Part shown: positions 18,137 to 27,200 of the stretch, piece after piece
Numbering within the stretch: position 1 is the first letter of the stretch
Layout of the letters: every line of letters starts with the position of its first letter
Assembly (NCBI GenBank): GCA_049627345.1
Contig: JBMZXF010000002.1
Coordinates: forward strand, 4,995 to 68,994
DNA length: 64,000 nt
Direction: 5' to 3'
DNA from: Poseidonia sp.
GTDB taxonomy: Archaea; Thermoplasmatota; Poseidoniia; Poseidoniales; Poseidoniaceae
Notes under the pieces: generated by a model
What the model saw: only the letters and a program-made list of their open reading frames with translations
The model's database searches: none
Told to the model about the DNA's origin: nothing
Translations under genes and position numbers: made by a program

Positions 18137-18187
18137 CCCCCTTTTCCGGTGGAGAACCTTCAAAACAGGACAGCGGGACCGGTTACC

Positions 18188-18424
18188 ATGGCACGGCAGA
18201 ACCGTACCCTCAAGAAAGTCAACAAGGTGTTGGCTCGCGTTGAGAAGCACATCGAGGAAACCAGGGACGCCCTGGAGGACCTTGAGATTGAATTTGAGGT
18301 GCTCAAGGCCACCGTAAAGCGCCTCAAGGAAGCCCCTGTTGAGGCCGCCGAGCCCGTCGAAGAGATGGACGAGGAGATCGACATCGAAAACTCCACCAAC
18401 ATCACGATGACCCGGAAGTTCTGA
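18188..18424 (+). CDS. Small coiled-coil protein
   Basis: MARQNRTLKKVNKVLARVEKHIEETRDALEDLEIEFEVLKATVKRLKE... shows heptad-like spacing and an acidic tail. TTCAAAAC at 18159-18166 ends 21 nt before this ATG. The track start at 18149 precedes that box. Confidence 0.45.
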   Translation: MARQNRTLKKVNKVLARVEKHIEETRDALEDLEIEFEVLKATVKRLKEAPVEAAEPVEEMDEEIDIENSTNITMTRKF

Positions 18425-18425
18425 A

Positions 18426-19442
18426 TCAAATCTTCAGAACCGTGTCTCGCTTGGCCCACATGTCCAGCCAATGCGCCATGTTGGCCTCCAATCCGGGCGG
18501 TTGAATCCGACAGCCGCACGCATTCGCGTGGCCGCCACCGGTCGGGTCGAGCGCCGTCGCCATCCTCGACAAGTCGTAGCGCCCCTGGCCGTTTGGGAGG
18601 AACGAATTGGCGTAGAAACTCGCAGAAAGCGGTGGGCGGTCGGGCGCATTGAGATCGCCGTCAGCATAACCGTGAACGATGCAGCATGCATCGGCTCGAT
18701 CGCCCGCCCATGCGGTGACGAGGTAGCCGTTGCTGCGGAACCCCGATTCGTCCATTCGGCACACGGCCAAGCGGTCGACCACCGTCGTGTTTGCCTCCAC
18801 GTGTTGCTGAACGGCGCCTCGCTCCTCCTTGGCTTGCCGACATCGTTCGTTCACGGTCGCATCGGCCATGAGCGCCTCGAAATCAGCGCCACCAGCCAGC
18901 AGCTCAACCAGGTGCTCCATGTAAGCCGGGTCCCGGGACGTGCAGGTCCGGGAGAGTTGCAGCAAGGGACCGTCTTCGAGGAAGGCCTCTTTGCTGATGC
19001 CCCCGGAATCCAGGGCGTCGACCACCGGCATCATCGGCGTTAAGTGATCCATTTCGGTGATGTCCACCAGCAATTCGTACGCCAGACGAGCAGCGGACGG
19101 CGTGGCTTCCCAGTGCTGCGTTCCACCCTCGGCGGCAAACGAGGAGGCTTCCCGTTCGTCGGGACGGTTGGTCAGGTGATGGTCGACGTACCAGCCACAG
19201 GCGGGATGAAACGGGAGGTCCACCAGCACCGTGTTGCGGTCGATGTCCCCGTCGTTCAGGCCACCCCGCAGCGCCGCAGCATGAGAAAACATGACGGTGG
19301 CCTCGGGGCGAAAGGCCTTCAGCACGGCCGCACCAAACAGCCCGTCCATATCGGAATCGGCCAAGATACGGGTGTAATGGGGCACCTCTTCGCGTCGCAG
19401 TGGAACGATGCCCATGGCGAAGAGGCCCCGCCCCATGTCCAT
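18426..19442 (-). CDS. DHH-family phosphoesterase (NrnA/oligoribonuclease-pAp phosphatase-like)
   Basis: Motifs in order: LADSDMDG (DxD), YVDHHLT (DHH), and GGGHANACG (DHHA1 GGGH). Start uncertain, with in-frame candidates at 19475, 19442, 19436 and 19415. Confidence 0.75.
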   Translation of the reverse strand: MDMGRGLFAMGIVPLRREEVPHYTRILADSDMDGLFGAAVLKAFRPEATVMFSHAAALRGGLNDGDIDRNTVLVDLPFHPACGWYVDHHLTNRPDEREASSFAAEGGTQHWEATPSAARLAYELLVDITEMDHLTPMMPVVDALDSGGISKEAFLEDGPLLQLSRTCTSRDPAYMEHLVELLAGGADFEALMADATVNERCRQAKEERGAVQQHVEANTTVVDRLAVCRMDESGFRSNGYLVTAWAGDRADACCIVHGYADGDLNAPDRPPLSASFYANSFLPNGQGRYDLSRMATALDPTGGGHANACGCRIQPPGLEANMAHWLDMWAKRDTVLKI

Positions 19443-19500
19443 CAAGGTTGGGTGGCCAACACCCGTTATGACCATGAACGAGAAGCCGTGACGTCGTCAC

Positions 19501-19911
19501 ATGGAGACCTCGTGCGGTGTGGTGCTGGTCAACTACGGGGCGGTGCTGTTGCTGCAATACCCGCAGGGCCACTGGGACCTTCCCAAAGGCCATGTCGAGG
19601 AGAACGACAGCAACCGCACGGCCACCATGCTTCGAGAACTGGCTGAGGAAACCGGCATCGCCGACGTTACCGTGCTCAGCGGATTTGAGGAACGCACCGA
19701 GTACACCTTCCGCCACAAAGGCAAGCGCAAGAGCAAGGAAGTCTACTGGTACGTGGCAGAGACCGAGACGATGGAGGTTGAGCTTTCCCACGAACACCGC
19801 GGCTACCTCTGGCTGGACTGGGACCAAGCCTTGGACACGATCACCCACGATGAAACACGGAGCGTCGTGCGTTTGGCACAGCAGTTCGTGAACCTCTACG
19901 GTACGCAGTGA
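19501..19911 (+). CDS. Nudix hydrolase (Ap4A hydrolase-like)
   Basis: Nudix box G-x5-E-x7-REUxEExGU present as GHVEENDSNRTATMLRELAEETGI. At 136 aa, the size and context resemble small bis(5'-nucleosyl)-tetraphosphatases. Confidence 0.8.
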   Translation: METSCGVVLVNYGAVLLLQYPQGHWDLPKGHVEENDSNRTATMLRELAEETGIADVTVLSGFEERTEYTFRHKGKRKSKEVYWYVAETETMEVELSHEHRGYLWLDWDQALDTITHDETRSVVRLAQQFVNLYGTQ

Positions 19912-20607
19912 TCACAGCGAATCGAAGTCACCGTCGTTGGCCCGCATTTGGTCGACGCGATGAGCAACGCCCTTCTCAGCCGGTCGCTTCCCCAACGGCA
20001 CCCACAGGGCTTCCTCTTCGTTCAGCATCATGCTGACCCAGCGCCCCATCACAAAGAACCAGTCGGAGAGACGGTTGACGTAGACGAGCACCAGTGGACG
20101 CACAGCCCCCTCGCCCTCCTCGTCAACGAGATGAACAAGGCAGCGTTCAAGCCTGCGAACAACGGTTCGAGCGAGGTGCATGGTGGCGACAGGGGGTGAG
20201 CCGGCAGGGAGAATGAAACTCGTCAACTCGGGCAGCGTTGCCAGCCAGGCATCCATTTCTTCCATCAGCACGTCGGTTTGCGCTTGAGAGATCAGCACCA
20301 TGTATTCGGGCAGAGTGGCCGGTGGGCACGCCAGTTCAGCACCCAAATCAAACAGTTCGTTTTGAACACGGACAAGGGCCTCGGCGAGCACGGTTTGAAC
20401 CCGCTGCACGTTGGTTCGTTGGCCGCCGTCTTCGTGGTCGGGCAGCCGAGCGAGTTCAGCGAGCACCATGCCCAACCAACTGTTGACTTCGTCGCAAACG
20501 CCGACCACATCAAAGCGTGCATCTGACTTTTTGCGCCGAGAACCGTCGACAAGCGAAGATTCGCCGCCGTCGCCGCCGCCGGTGTACACGCGATTGATCT
20601 TGACCAT
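19912..20607 (-). CDS. PduO-type ATP:cob(I)alamin adenosyltransferase
   Basis: N-terminus VYTGGGDGGESSLVDGSRRKKSDARFDVVGVCDEVNSWLG matches the PduO/MMAB signature (YTrtGDxGxTsL..G.R..K...R..a.G..DE.N). Confidence 0.8.
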   Translation of the reverse strand: MVKINRVYTGGGDGGESSLVDGSRRKKSDARFDVVGVCDEVNSWLGMVLAELARLPDHEDGGQRTNVQRVQTVLAEALVRVQNELFDLGAELACPPATLPEYMVLISQAQTDVLMEEMDAWLATLPELTSFILPAGSPPVATMHLARTVVRRLERCLVHLVDEEGEGAVRPLVLVYVNRLSDWFFVMGRWVSMMLNEEEALWVPLGKRPAEKGVAHRVDQMRANDGDFDSL

Positions 20608-20630
20608 GGGTGCGCCTCACCCTTGCCACG

Positions 20631-21116
20631 TCATGCTTCTATGAGGGGTTTACGGGATGGGAAGCCCTCTTCCATGCGGTAATACCACTCGATATCGGCT
20701 TCACCGACCGCCCAAGAAAACAACGCCATCGTATGGTCGACCACACCGTACCATTCGAGACGCCCAGGGTCCATCGACACAATGCGGGCGCCGATGCTTT
20801 CCAAGCGGGCCACACTGGCTTGCCATTGCGTCACCAAGCGGCCCAGGTGCTCGGCTACCTCAAGCACGTGAGGGTGCGTCATGCTGTAGCCTTCGAGCAA
20901 GAGTTCCAACTCGTTGGTGAGGTCGTGAGCCTCGTCGCTCATCGCCTGCAGCACCATCAGCACGTTTTGTGCCTCCGGCAGCGAAGCACGCGCTTCCTCG
21001 ATGGTCACGATGCGAGCACCGTCGGGCAGCGGGTAGGGAAGGTCCGCCTCAGGGGAAAGTTCCTCCAGAGCCATCGGTAGCCCGGAATAGAACGGTTCGT
21101 CCTCGGGTGTAGACAC
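20631..21116 (-). CDS. DUF2203-family protein
   Basis: 161 aa. IVTIEEARASLPEAQNVL ... IGARIVSMDPGRLEWYGVVDHTMALFSWAVGEADIEWYYRMEEGFPSRKPL fits my recollection of the DUF2203 pattern (leEAn.lLP ... G..vk....G.vDF......v.LCW..GE..I..WH....GF..R.p). GTG start in the track; an ATG at Met15 is an alternative. Confidence 0.55.
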   Translation of the reverse strand: MSTPEDEPFYSGLPMALEELSPEADLPYPLPDGARIVTIEEARASLPEAQNVLMVLQAMSDEAHDLTNELELLLEGYSMTHPHVLEVAEHLGRLVTQWQASVARLESIGARIVSMDPGRLEWYGVVDHTMALFSWAVGEADIEWYYRMEEGFPSRKPLIEA

Positions 21117-21205
21117 GGCTTCTCCTTGACTTGACGCTTCTTTTAGTCACCGGCGGATGGCCATGAGAAATGTCCGTTTTTGAGCGAAAAACGGATGTCC
21201 GAGCC

Positions 21206-21493
21206 TCAAGCCCCCACCAACTCCCCGGCGGGTGCGAGCGGCGTCCGTCGAGACCGAGCGAGTTTCACCCATCCCATGATCAACAGCCCAACCCACAGCG
21301 TGATTTCCATGAGCACGACGAGGTAATACACCGGGCCGAGCGACTTGAGCATGGAGACGGCATCGTAGGGCAGCCCGTGCGTGGCCATGTAGGCCGATTG
21401 CGACAGGAGACTCGAGGAAAACCAAATGAGAACGGCAAACCACAGGATGTTACCCATGGGCCAATCATCCGGCGCTCGTTCGAGATGCTTCAT
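21206..21493 (-). CDS. Small membrane protein (2-3 TM)
   Basis: 95 aa with hydrophobic segments ILWFAVLIWFSSSLL and VYYLVVLMEITLWVGLLIMGWV. A TATA-like CTTATATC (21522..21515, minus strand) ends 21 nt before the ATG. Confidence 0.5.
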   Translation of the reverse strand: MKHLERAPDDWPMGNILWFAVLIWFSSSLLSQSAYMATHGLPYDAVSMLKSLGPVYYLVVLMEITLWVGLLIMGWVKLARSRRTPLAPAGELVGA

Positions 21494-21514
21494 GATACTA
21501 CATCGACCTCAAGG

Positions 21515-21522
21515 GATATAAG
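21515..21522 (-). promoter_or_regulatory. TATA box CTTATATC of the small membrane protein gene 21206..21493
   Basis: The minus strand reads ggcCTTATATCCc, with a 21-nt gap to the ATG at 21493. Confidence 0.45.
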
Positions 21523-21565
21523 GCCTCGTTTGTTTTGTGCCCCAAATCCCCGAAAAGCGGAAGTT

Positions 21566-22345
21566 TCAGGCTTCTTCCGTGCCATCTTCTTGCGGAAACT
21601 GGTCGGAAGATGCACCCATCGCGACCAAACCATCGTGGATGGCTGAAATCCATTCGGGTGCCACCGAGGCTGGTCCGCCGGCGTCCTCAAACGCCTCAAG
21701 CCAGCGCTCAGCTGCCTCCTCGTCCTCGAGAAAGACGTGAATTCGATGAAGAGCCACGTAGGCCATGGGGTTGAGGTGCTCCTCATCGGCGTCCCATCCT
21801 CGCTCAAAACAGGCGATAGCCCCGTGGGGGCCGTGGAGTTGACGGCGCTGAAGGGCGACCATGCCCGCTTGGCTCCACGCCAGGGGGAGCCGGCCGATCA
21901 AGAGACCACGAAACACCATCCAGGTCTGGCCGCCACCCAAGCCGACCAGCATCAGGAAGCCCGCCCACTGTTCGAGGGTGTTCAAATCCGGCCAGGTCAG
22001 CACCATCAGGCCGCCAGCGCCGGTGCAGAACACGAACCCCGACATCGGGGCGATGAACACGTCCCGCCGGGTGCGAACCATGTGATGGACACCGACGAGC
22101 ACGCCGTAGCTTCCCATGCCAAGGACGACCACGAGCAGGAGCGTGAGCGACATGGGGCGAGGTGCGGTCTCACCGAGGGCCAGCATGCCCGTCAGCGAAA
22201 TCAACACCCAACCGAAGCGCCCTGAAATTTCAGGGAAAGGTTGGTGTCGGCTGCCGGCGATGAGGGAAACCGAGACCACGGCGAGGACGAGCAACACGAG
22301 CGCCTTGCCCGTCGATTCGTCCAGAAACATCGTGCTCATCGTCAA
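21566..22345 (-). CDS. Hypothetical membrane protein with a C-terminal soluble helical domain
   Basis: 259 aa with about six hydrophobic segments, then an acidic helical tail (NPMAYVALHRIHVFLEDEEAAERWLEAFEDAGG). No family recognised. Confidence 0.5.
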   Translation of the reverse strand: MTMSTMFLDESTGKALVLLVLAVVSVSLIAGSRHQPFPEISGRFGWVLISLTGMLALGETAPRPMSLTLLLVVVLGMGSYGVLVGVHHMVRTRRDVFIAPMSGFVFCTGAGGLMVLTWPDLNTLEQWAGFLMLVGLGGGQTWMVFRGLLIGRLPLAWSQAGMVALQRRQLHGPHGAIACFERGWDADEEHLNPMAYVALHRIHVFLEDEEAAERWLEAFEDAGGPASVAPEWISAIHDGLVAMGASSDQFPQEDGTEEA

Positions 22346-22366
22346 AACCTCCGCGGCGCCCTGCTA

Positions 22367-22807
22367 TCATGCTTTGTGATACCCCGAGCCGCGCTGAAGT
22401 TCAGTTGCACGGTAGAGTTGCTCAACCAGCACCACGGCGGCCAATTCGTGGGGGAAGGTCATCTCGGACAGCGAAAGCCGGAGAACGGAATTCAGGTTGG
22501 CGTCATCTGGCCATCCCTCGGCAGGGCCCACGGCCAAATGGACGTTGTCCGACGACAGTTGCCATGCTTCAAAGCGCTGCGCGAAGGCGACGGAATCGTC
22601 CTGCACGCCACCCTCATCCAGGAGCACCAAGGTCCCCTTTTTTGCCAAGAGACGAGCCACATAATCGGTGCCACTCAGTTTGGCAGGGTGATGTTCAAGC
22701 CCAACACCGCGACCTTGGATGCGCTCGCCGTACATCTCGATGAGGCGCTTCATGGCCTTCTCTTTGGGTGTCCCGTGGGTGTGAACGGTCAAGCGGCCCA
22801 TGGACAT
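22367..22807 (-). CDS. rlmH: 23S rRNA (pseudouridine-N3)-methyltransferase RlmH (SPOUT family)
   Basis: C-terminal 146 aa of track ORF 22367..23236. LVLLDEGG ... HLAVGPAEGWPDD ... LSLSEMTFPHELAAVVLVEQLYRATELQRGSGYH matches the RlmH C-terminal knot motif. The start is the ATG at 22807 or 22801. GTTTGAAA (22832..22825, minus strand) ends 23 nt before 22801. Confidence 0.75.
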   Translation of the reverse strand: MSMGRLTVHTHGTPKEKAMKRLIEMYGERIQGRGVGLEHHPAKLSGTDYVARLLAKKGTLVLLDEGGVQDDSVAFAQRFEAWQLSSDNVHLAVGPAEGWPDDANLNSVLRLSLSEMTFPHELAAVVLVEQLYRATELQRGSGYHKA

Positions 22808-22879
22808 GAGGTTGGAACTCGGGCTTTCAAACCGTTGGAGGATGAACAAGACCATGAACCAGTCCACCGAGGCGACCGC

Positions 22880-23215
22880 ATGGGATGGTGGCCTTTTCGC
22901 AAGAAAACAGCGTCCACCGACACCAACGACCCAATTCTCAAGGACACCCGCACCTGGTTGGCCGAGTTGAGGGATGCGTGCGAGATGAATTTCGACCAGC
23001 CCGAGGAGGCTCGCCGGTTGATCCGCCACATGCAGGTGGAATGGAAGGAAGCGATGGACCGTGGCGACATGGCGCCCTCGCTGCGAGAAGGTTTGGAAAG
23101 TCGAGCGTTTCGCTTGCTCAACTGCACCGACAAGGAATGGTTGGGCTGGTTGGACAACCTCAACTTCTGGAAAGCGGGCTGGAAACCCGGCATGGATGAT
23201 GAGAACGAGGCTTGA
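22880..23215 (+). CDS. Hypothetical small protein
   Basis: Last 111 aa of chimeric track ORF 22241..23215: MGWWPFRKKTASTDTNDPILKDTRTWLAELRDACEMNFDQPEEARRLIRHMQVEWKEAMDRGD... Balanced composition, with GAGG 8 nt upstream of the ATG. The upstream part of the track ORF is antisense to rlmH and the preceding membrane protein. Confidence 0.45.
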   Translation: MGWWPFRKKTASTDTNDPILKDTRTWLAELRDACEMNFDQPEEARRLIRHMQVEWKEAMDRGDMAPSLREGLESRAFRLLNCTDKEWLGWLDNLNFWKAGWKPGMDDENEA

Positions 23216-23241
23216 AGAGGGACGGTCCTCAGCCAACCACC

Positions 23242-23934
23242 ATGGGTCAAACCCCTACGCTGCACTTGCTCTATTCGTGCCCGTTTTGCTGGAAGGTTCG
23301 CGGCCTGCTCGAGCACCTCGACGTCGACGTGAACTACGTCGGCGTGAACGGCATGAAGATCAAGAAAGAAGTGGCCTTTGCTGGCGACTGGGGCAAAGTC
23401 CCCGTGTTCACCGACGCCCAAGGCCAACACCACGTTGATTCCACGCCACTGCTCCGACTCATCGACCAGACGTACAACAACGGAACCATGGCTGCTCAAG
23501 GCGACGCTGCTCGCCAAGAGGAGTGGATGACCTGGGTGGACACGCACCTCTCCAAAGCCACCGTCCCCATCCTCTACGGCAGCCTTGGCTCAGCCCTCAA
23601 GACCACCACCCGAATCTCGAAAATTGAGAAATTCGGTTTCATCTCAAAGCGCCTCTACGCGTGGGCCGGCTTCCCCATCATGTGGGGCATCATCGCACGA
23701 AAACGCGTGAAGCGTGATGGTCGAACACCCAAGAAACTCTGGCATGACCTGCTCACGGAGTTCACCGACGCCCACGGCGGGGAACCGTTCTTCGGCGGTG
23801 CCACGCCCGACCTCGTTGATTTCGCAGCCTTCGGCTACATGCGGTCGGTGTCACCTTACCCACAATTTGAGCAGCTGACCGACCACACCAACGGCATGGC
23901 GTGGTACCAGCGCATGGAAGCCACACTCAACTGA
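23242..23934 (+). CDS. Glutaredoxin/GST-fold protein (Grx2 / mPGES2-like)
   Basis: N-terminus MGQTPTLHLLYSCPFCWKVRGLLEHL carries a CPFC thioredoxin-fold active site, followed by a helical GST-C-like half. The track start at 23212 adds only 10 aa. Confidence 0.6.
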   Translation: MGQTPTLHLLYSCPFCWKVRGLLEHLDVDVNYVGVNGMKIKKEVAFAGDWGKVPVFTDAQGQHHVDSTPLLRLIDQTYNNGTMAAQGDAARQEEWMTWVDTHLSKATVPILYGSLGSALKTTTRISKIEKFGFISKRLYAWAGFPIMWGIIARKRVKRDGRTPKKLWHDLLTEFTDAHGGEPFFGGATPDLVDFAAFGYMRSVSPYPQFEQLTDHTNGMAWYQRMEATLN

Positions 23935-23937
23935 GGG

Positions 23938-24807
23938 ATGCACGTGAGCATCACCCTCAGCGGCCTCGTCTTCCAACCGGTCGGCGCGGCCACCACCATC
24001 ATGGGGACCACGAAAGGTGGCTGGGTTTATGCCGGCCAGCGACCCTGTTACGAGGCCAAAACACCGGCCTTCTACACCATGGAGCGCCCGCTGACGAGGG
24101 ACGACGTGGCCAACGCCATAGGCGAGGGCGACGAGAATGGCAACGACACCCCCATGGAAGCGTTGACTTCCTACGACGTGGCGGAGTTGGCTCAAACCCT
24201 GATGGGTGAGGTCGACTTCAAGGCCGCCGTGGCCGACCTCCCCGGAACGTGGGATGTCCGCGCCCTGACGCACGCCGAATGGTTGGCGGCCCGAGACCAA
24301 GGCGTGTTGACGCTGGAGGCCGGCCTTACCGAACGGCTGGCCGATGGTCCGGCGTCCAATCACCGCGGCGCGATGATGGACGGACGCCCCCGACCCAACG
24401 AAGTGCTGGGGCCGGCCGCCACGCAAACGGCGGCCATCGCCGTTCATCCCCGCAACGCCACCATCACCGCCGTCGCCAGCGTCCCGAGCGACCGACCGCT
24501 GCCCGGCGTGGTCGCACGGTTGGCCCTCGTCCCTGTTCGGGAAACTCCGCCCAAGCGAGTGCCCAACAACACCGACGTGTGGCGAAACGTTCGCTCAGAA
24601 GCGATGTGGACCACGGTGCTGGGCATCGTGCCGTCCTTCCTCATCCCCGTCCTTCGAGGCATGGGTGATTACGCCACCGAGGGCTGGGTCAACCTGCTGT
24701 TCGGTGGGCTCTGTGCCGGGTTTTTCACCGGCGCCATCTGGCGTCCACGACGGCCCGTGCTGCGTTACGATGACGTTGAGCCGTCGTCCACCAGCGTTTC
24801 CCAGTAG
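23938..24807 (+). CDS. Hypothetical protein with C-terminal TM segments; weak FGE/SUMF1-like motifs
   Basis: 289 aa. FYTMERPLTRDDV and VRALTHAEWLAARDQG resemble the F.M....VT and LPTEAEWEYAAR motifs of formylglycine-generating-enzyme-like domains. The C-terminus has two hydrophobic segments. The 3' end overlaps convergent maeB by 43 nt. Confidence 0.4.
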   Translation: MHVSITLSGLVFQPVGAATTIMGTTKGGWVYAGQRPCYEAKTPAFYTMERPLTRDDVANAIGEGDENGNDTPMEALTSYDVAELAQTLMGEVDFKAAVADLPGTWDVRALTHAEWLAARDQGVLTLEAGLTERLADGPASNHRGAMMDGRPRPNEVLGPAATQTAAIAVHPRNATITAVASVPSDRPLPGVVARLALVPVRETPPKRVPNNTDVWRNVRSEAMWTTVLGIVPSFLIPVLRGMGDYATEGWVNLLFGGLCAGFFTGAIWRPRRPVLRYDDVEPSSTSVSQ

Positions 24808-27101
24808 TTGTCCTTCCGGATGGCATCGGCGGTGCAAATCGTGGCCATGTTCACGATGTGACGAACGCCGTCTTGGCGAGCCACGAGTTGAACGGGATGC
24901 GCCATGCCCTCGAGGATGGGGCCTGTCATTTCTGCGTCACCCAACTCCTCCAGCAACTTGTAGGCGATGTTGGCCGAGGCAAGGTTCGGGAGGATGAGCA
25001 CGTTGGCCGGACCGACGAGTTTCATGAACGGGTATTCTTCCTGAACCGAGGGGTTGAGCGCCGTATCGCTTTGCATGGGACCGTCGATCATCAAGGTCGG
25101 ATCGAGCGTTCGTGCCATGATGACCGCTTCTTCGATGCGCTCGGAACGCTGTGCACGGGTTGAACCGAAGTTGGAAAACGACAGCATAGCCACCCGAGGG
25201 ACCACACCGAATCGGCGTGCGACCTTCGCGGTTTGAACGGCAATTTCGGCCAACGTCCGGCTGTCGGGGTACACGTTCACCGTCGCGTCGGCCAAGAAGA
25301 TGGTGCGTCCCTTGACGTTCATCATGTAGCAGCCAATCACGCAGTGCGCATCGTCGGCCTTCCCGATGAGTTCCAGGGTCGGGCGGAGCACGTCGGCGTA
25401 GTTCCGACTGACACCGCCGACGAAGCCGTCGGCGTCACCGGCCTGGACCATTTGAGCCGCAAAATACGGCCGACTCTTGAGCAGGCGAGCGGCGTCGGGC
25501 CACGTGATGCCTTTGCGCTGCCGTCGCTTGAAGAAGGCGTTTGCGTAGTCGGATTTGCGACGCTCGTCGTAGCGTGGGTCGTAGGCTTCGTAGGTGAAAT
25601 TCAGCCCGAGCTCCTCCACCATGCGGTCGATGCGGTCGACGGGACCGAGCAGAATGGGCGAACAAATACGCTGCTCGACGAGTTGTGCGGCAGCGCGCAG
25701 CACCGTTTCGTTGTCGCCTTCGGGGAAGACAATGCGCTTGCCTTTGCCCTTGACCTGGTTGATCATCTGGCGCATGACGGAATAGGACTCACCCAGTCGC
25801 GCCTCGAGCTCTTCCCGGTAGCGGTTGATGTCGAATTCTTCAGCCGAGACACCGGTGATGCCTTCGTCAACGGCGGCCTGAGCCACCGCAGCGGCCTCCC
25901 AAATCAGCACTCGGCGGTCAAACGGCTTGGGAATGATGTATTCGGGACCGTACTGCATGACGACACCGTCGTAGGCCGCTGAAATGTAATCGGGCACGGG
26001 TTCCTTGGCAAGGGCCGCCAGCGCTTTGGTGGCGGCCATCTTCATGTTCTGCGTGATGTCCCGGGCGCGAACATCGAGCGCCCCTCGGAAGATGTAAGGG
26101 AAGCCGAGCACGTTGTTCACCTGATTGGCGTAGTCCGAGCGTCCCGTGGCAATGATGGCGTCTTGGCGCACGTCGAGCACCTCCTCGGGAAGGATTTCGG
26201 GCGTGGGGTTGGCCAAGGCGAAAATGATGGGTTTCTCGGCCATGCTGGCCACCATCTCCTTGCTGACGAGACCTCCTCGGGACAAGCCGAGCATCACATC
26301 GGCCCCCTTCAGCGCATCCGCCAAATCGCCAGCAGGGCGGTCTTGGGCGAAGGGTGCCTTGTACTCGTTGAGTTCATCGGCATCAAGTCGGGCTTTGGTG
26401 ATGATGCCCTGGCTGTCCACCAGGGTGATGTTGCTCATCGACACGCCGACGGCCACGTAGTGGTTGGCACAGGCGATGGCTGAGGCCCCAGCGCCAATGA
26501 CGACGACCTTGAGGTCGGCGAGCGCCTTGCCTTGAAGTTCAGCAGCGTTGAGCAAGGCGGCTGCGGAGATGATGGCCGTGCCGTGCTGGTCGTCGTGCAT
26601 GACGGGAATGTCGGTGGCCTCGGAAATACGACGCTCGATTTCGAAGCATTCGGGTGCCTTGATGTCTTCGAGGTTGATGCCGCCAAAGGTCTTGGAAATG
26701 TTCACGACCGTGTTGATGAATTCCTCAGGGTCTTCGGTGTCGACCTCGATGTCAAACACGTCGATGCCGGCGAAGGTCTTCAGGAGCAGTCCCTTGCCTT
26801 CCATGACCGGTTTGCTGGCAAGCGCACCAATGTTCCCCAGTCCAAGGACGGCCGTACCGTTGGAGATGACCGCCACCAGGTTGCCCTTGGAGGTGTAGCG
26901 GTAGGCATCTTCGGGTCGCTCCTCGATTTCGAGGCACGGGTAGGCCACCCCGGGCGAGTAGGCGAGGCTCAGTTCGTGAGCCGTAGCGTGTGGTTTGGTG
27001 GGCACGACCTTGATTTTCCCTTGAGGCTCCGCCTCGTGGTACTCAAGCGCCTCCTTGCGCAACATCTCGTCTTTTTTGCTCGTGGACAAGGCTATCCCCA
27101 C
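24765..27101 (-). CDS. maeB: NADP-dependent malic enzyme fused to a phosphotransacetylase-like domain (MaeB type)
   Basis: 778 aa. The N-terminal half has ALEYHE...GKIKVVPTKP...LSLAYSPGVA and GTAVLGLGNIG...KPVMEGKGLL. The NAD(P) site is VVIGAGASAIA. The C-terminal ~330 aa are PTA-like. Confidence 0.9.
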   Translation of the reverse strand: MGIALSTSKKDEMLRKEALEYHEAEPQGKIKVVPTKPHATAHELSLAYSPGVAYPCLEIEERPEDAYRYTSKGNLVAVISNGTAVLGLGNIGALASKPVMEGKGLLLKTFAGIDVFDIEVDTEDPEEFINTVVNISKTFGGINLEDIKAPECFEIERRISEATDIPVMHDDQHGTAIISAAALLNAAELQGKALADLKVVVIGAGASAIACANHYVAVGVSMSNITLVDSQGIITKARLDADELNEYKAPFAQDRPAGDLADALKGADVMLGLSRGGLVSKEMVASMAEKPIIFALANPTPEILPEEVLDVRQDAIIATGRSDYANQVNNVLGFPYIFRGALDVRARDITQNMKMAATKALAALAKEPVPDYISAAYDGVVMQYGPEYIIPKPFDRRVLIWEAAAVAQAAVDEGITGVSAEEFDINRYREELEARLGESYSVMRQMINQVKGKGKRIVFPEGDNETVLRAAAQLVEQRICSPILLGPVDRIDRMVEELGLNFTYEAYDPRYDERRKSDYANAFFKRRQRKGITWPDAARLLKSRPYFAAQMVQAGDADGFVGGVSRNYADVLRPTLELIGKADDAHCVIGCYMMNVKGRTIFLADATVNVYPDSRTLAEIAVQTAKVARRFGVVPRVAMLSFSNFGSTRAQRSERIEEAVIMARTLDPTLMIDGPMQSDTALNPSVQEEYPFMKLVGPANVLILPNLASANIAYKLLEELGDAEMTGPILEGMAHPVQLVARQDGVRHIVNMATICTADAIRKDNYWETLVDDGSTSS

Positions 27102-27200
27102 CGAAAGGGCGGAGAGGCGGGGTTTGATTGTTGTGCGAGGTTGATGCCGTGCCGGTGAACTTTAGGCACGTCGACACAATGCGAGCATGGATGCCAGCGA

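Noticed and set aside
22241-23215. 324-aa + strand ORF.
   Set aside because: It is chimeric. The first ~210 aa are antisense to the membrane protein and rlmH genes. Only the last 111 aa (from the ATG at 22880) look like a real protein.
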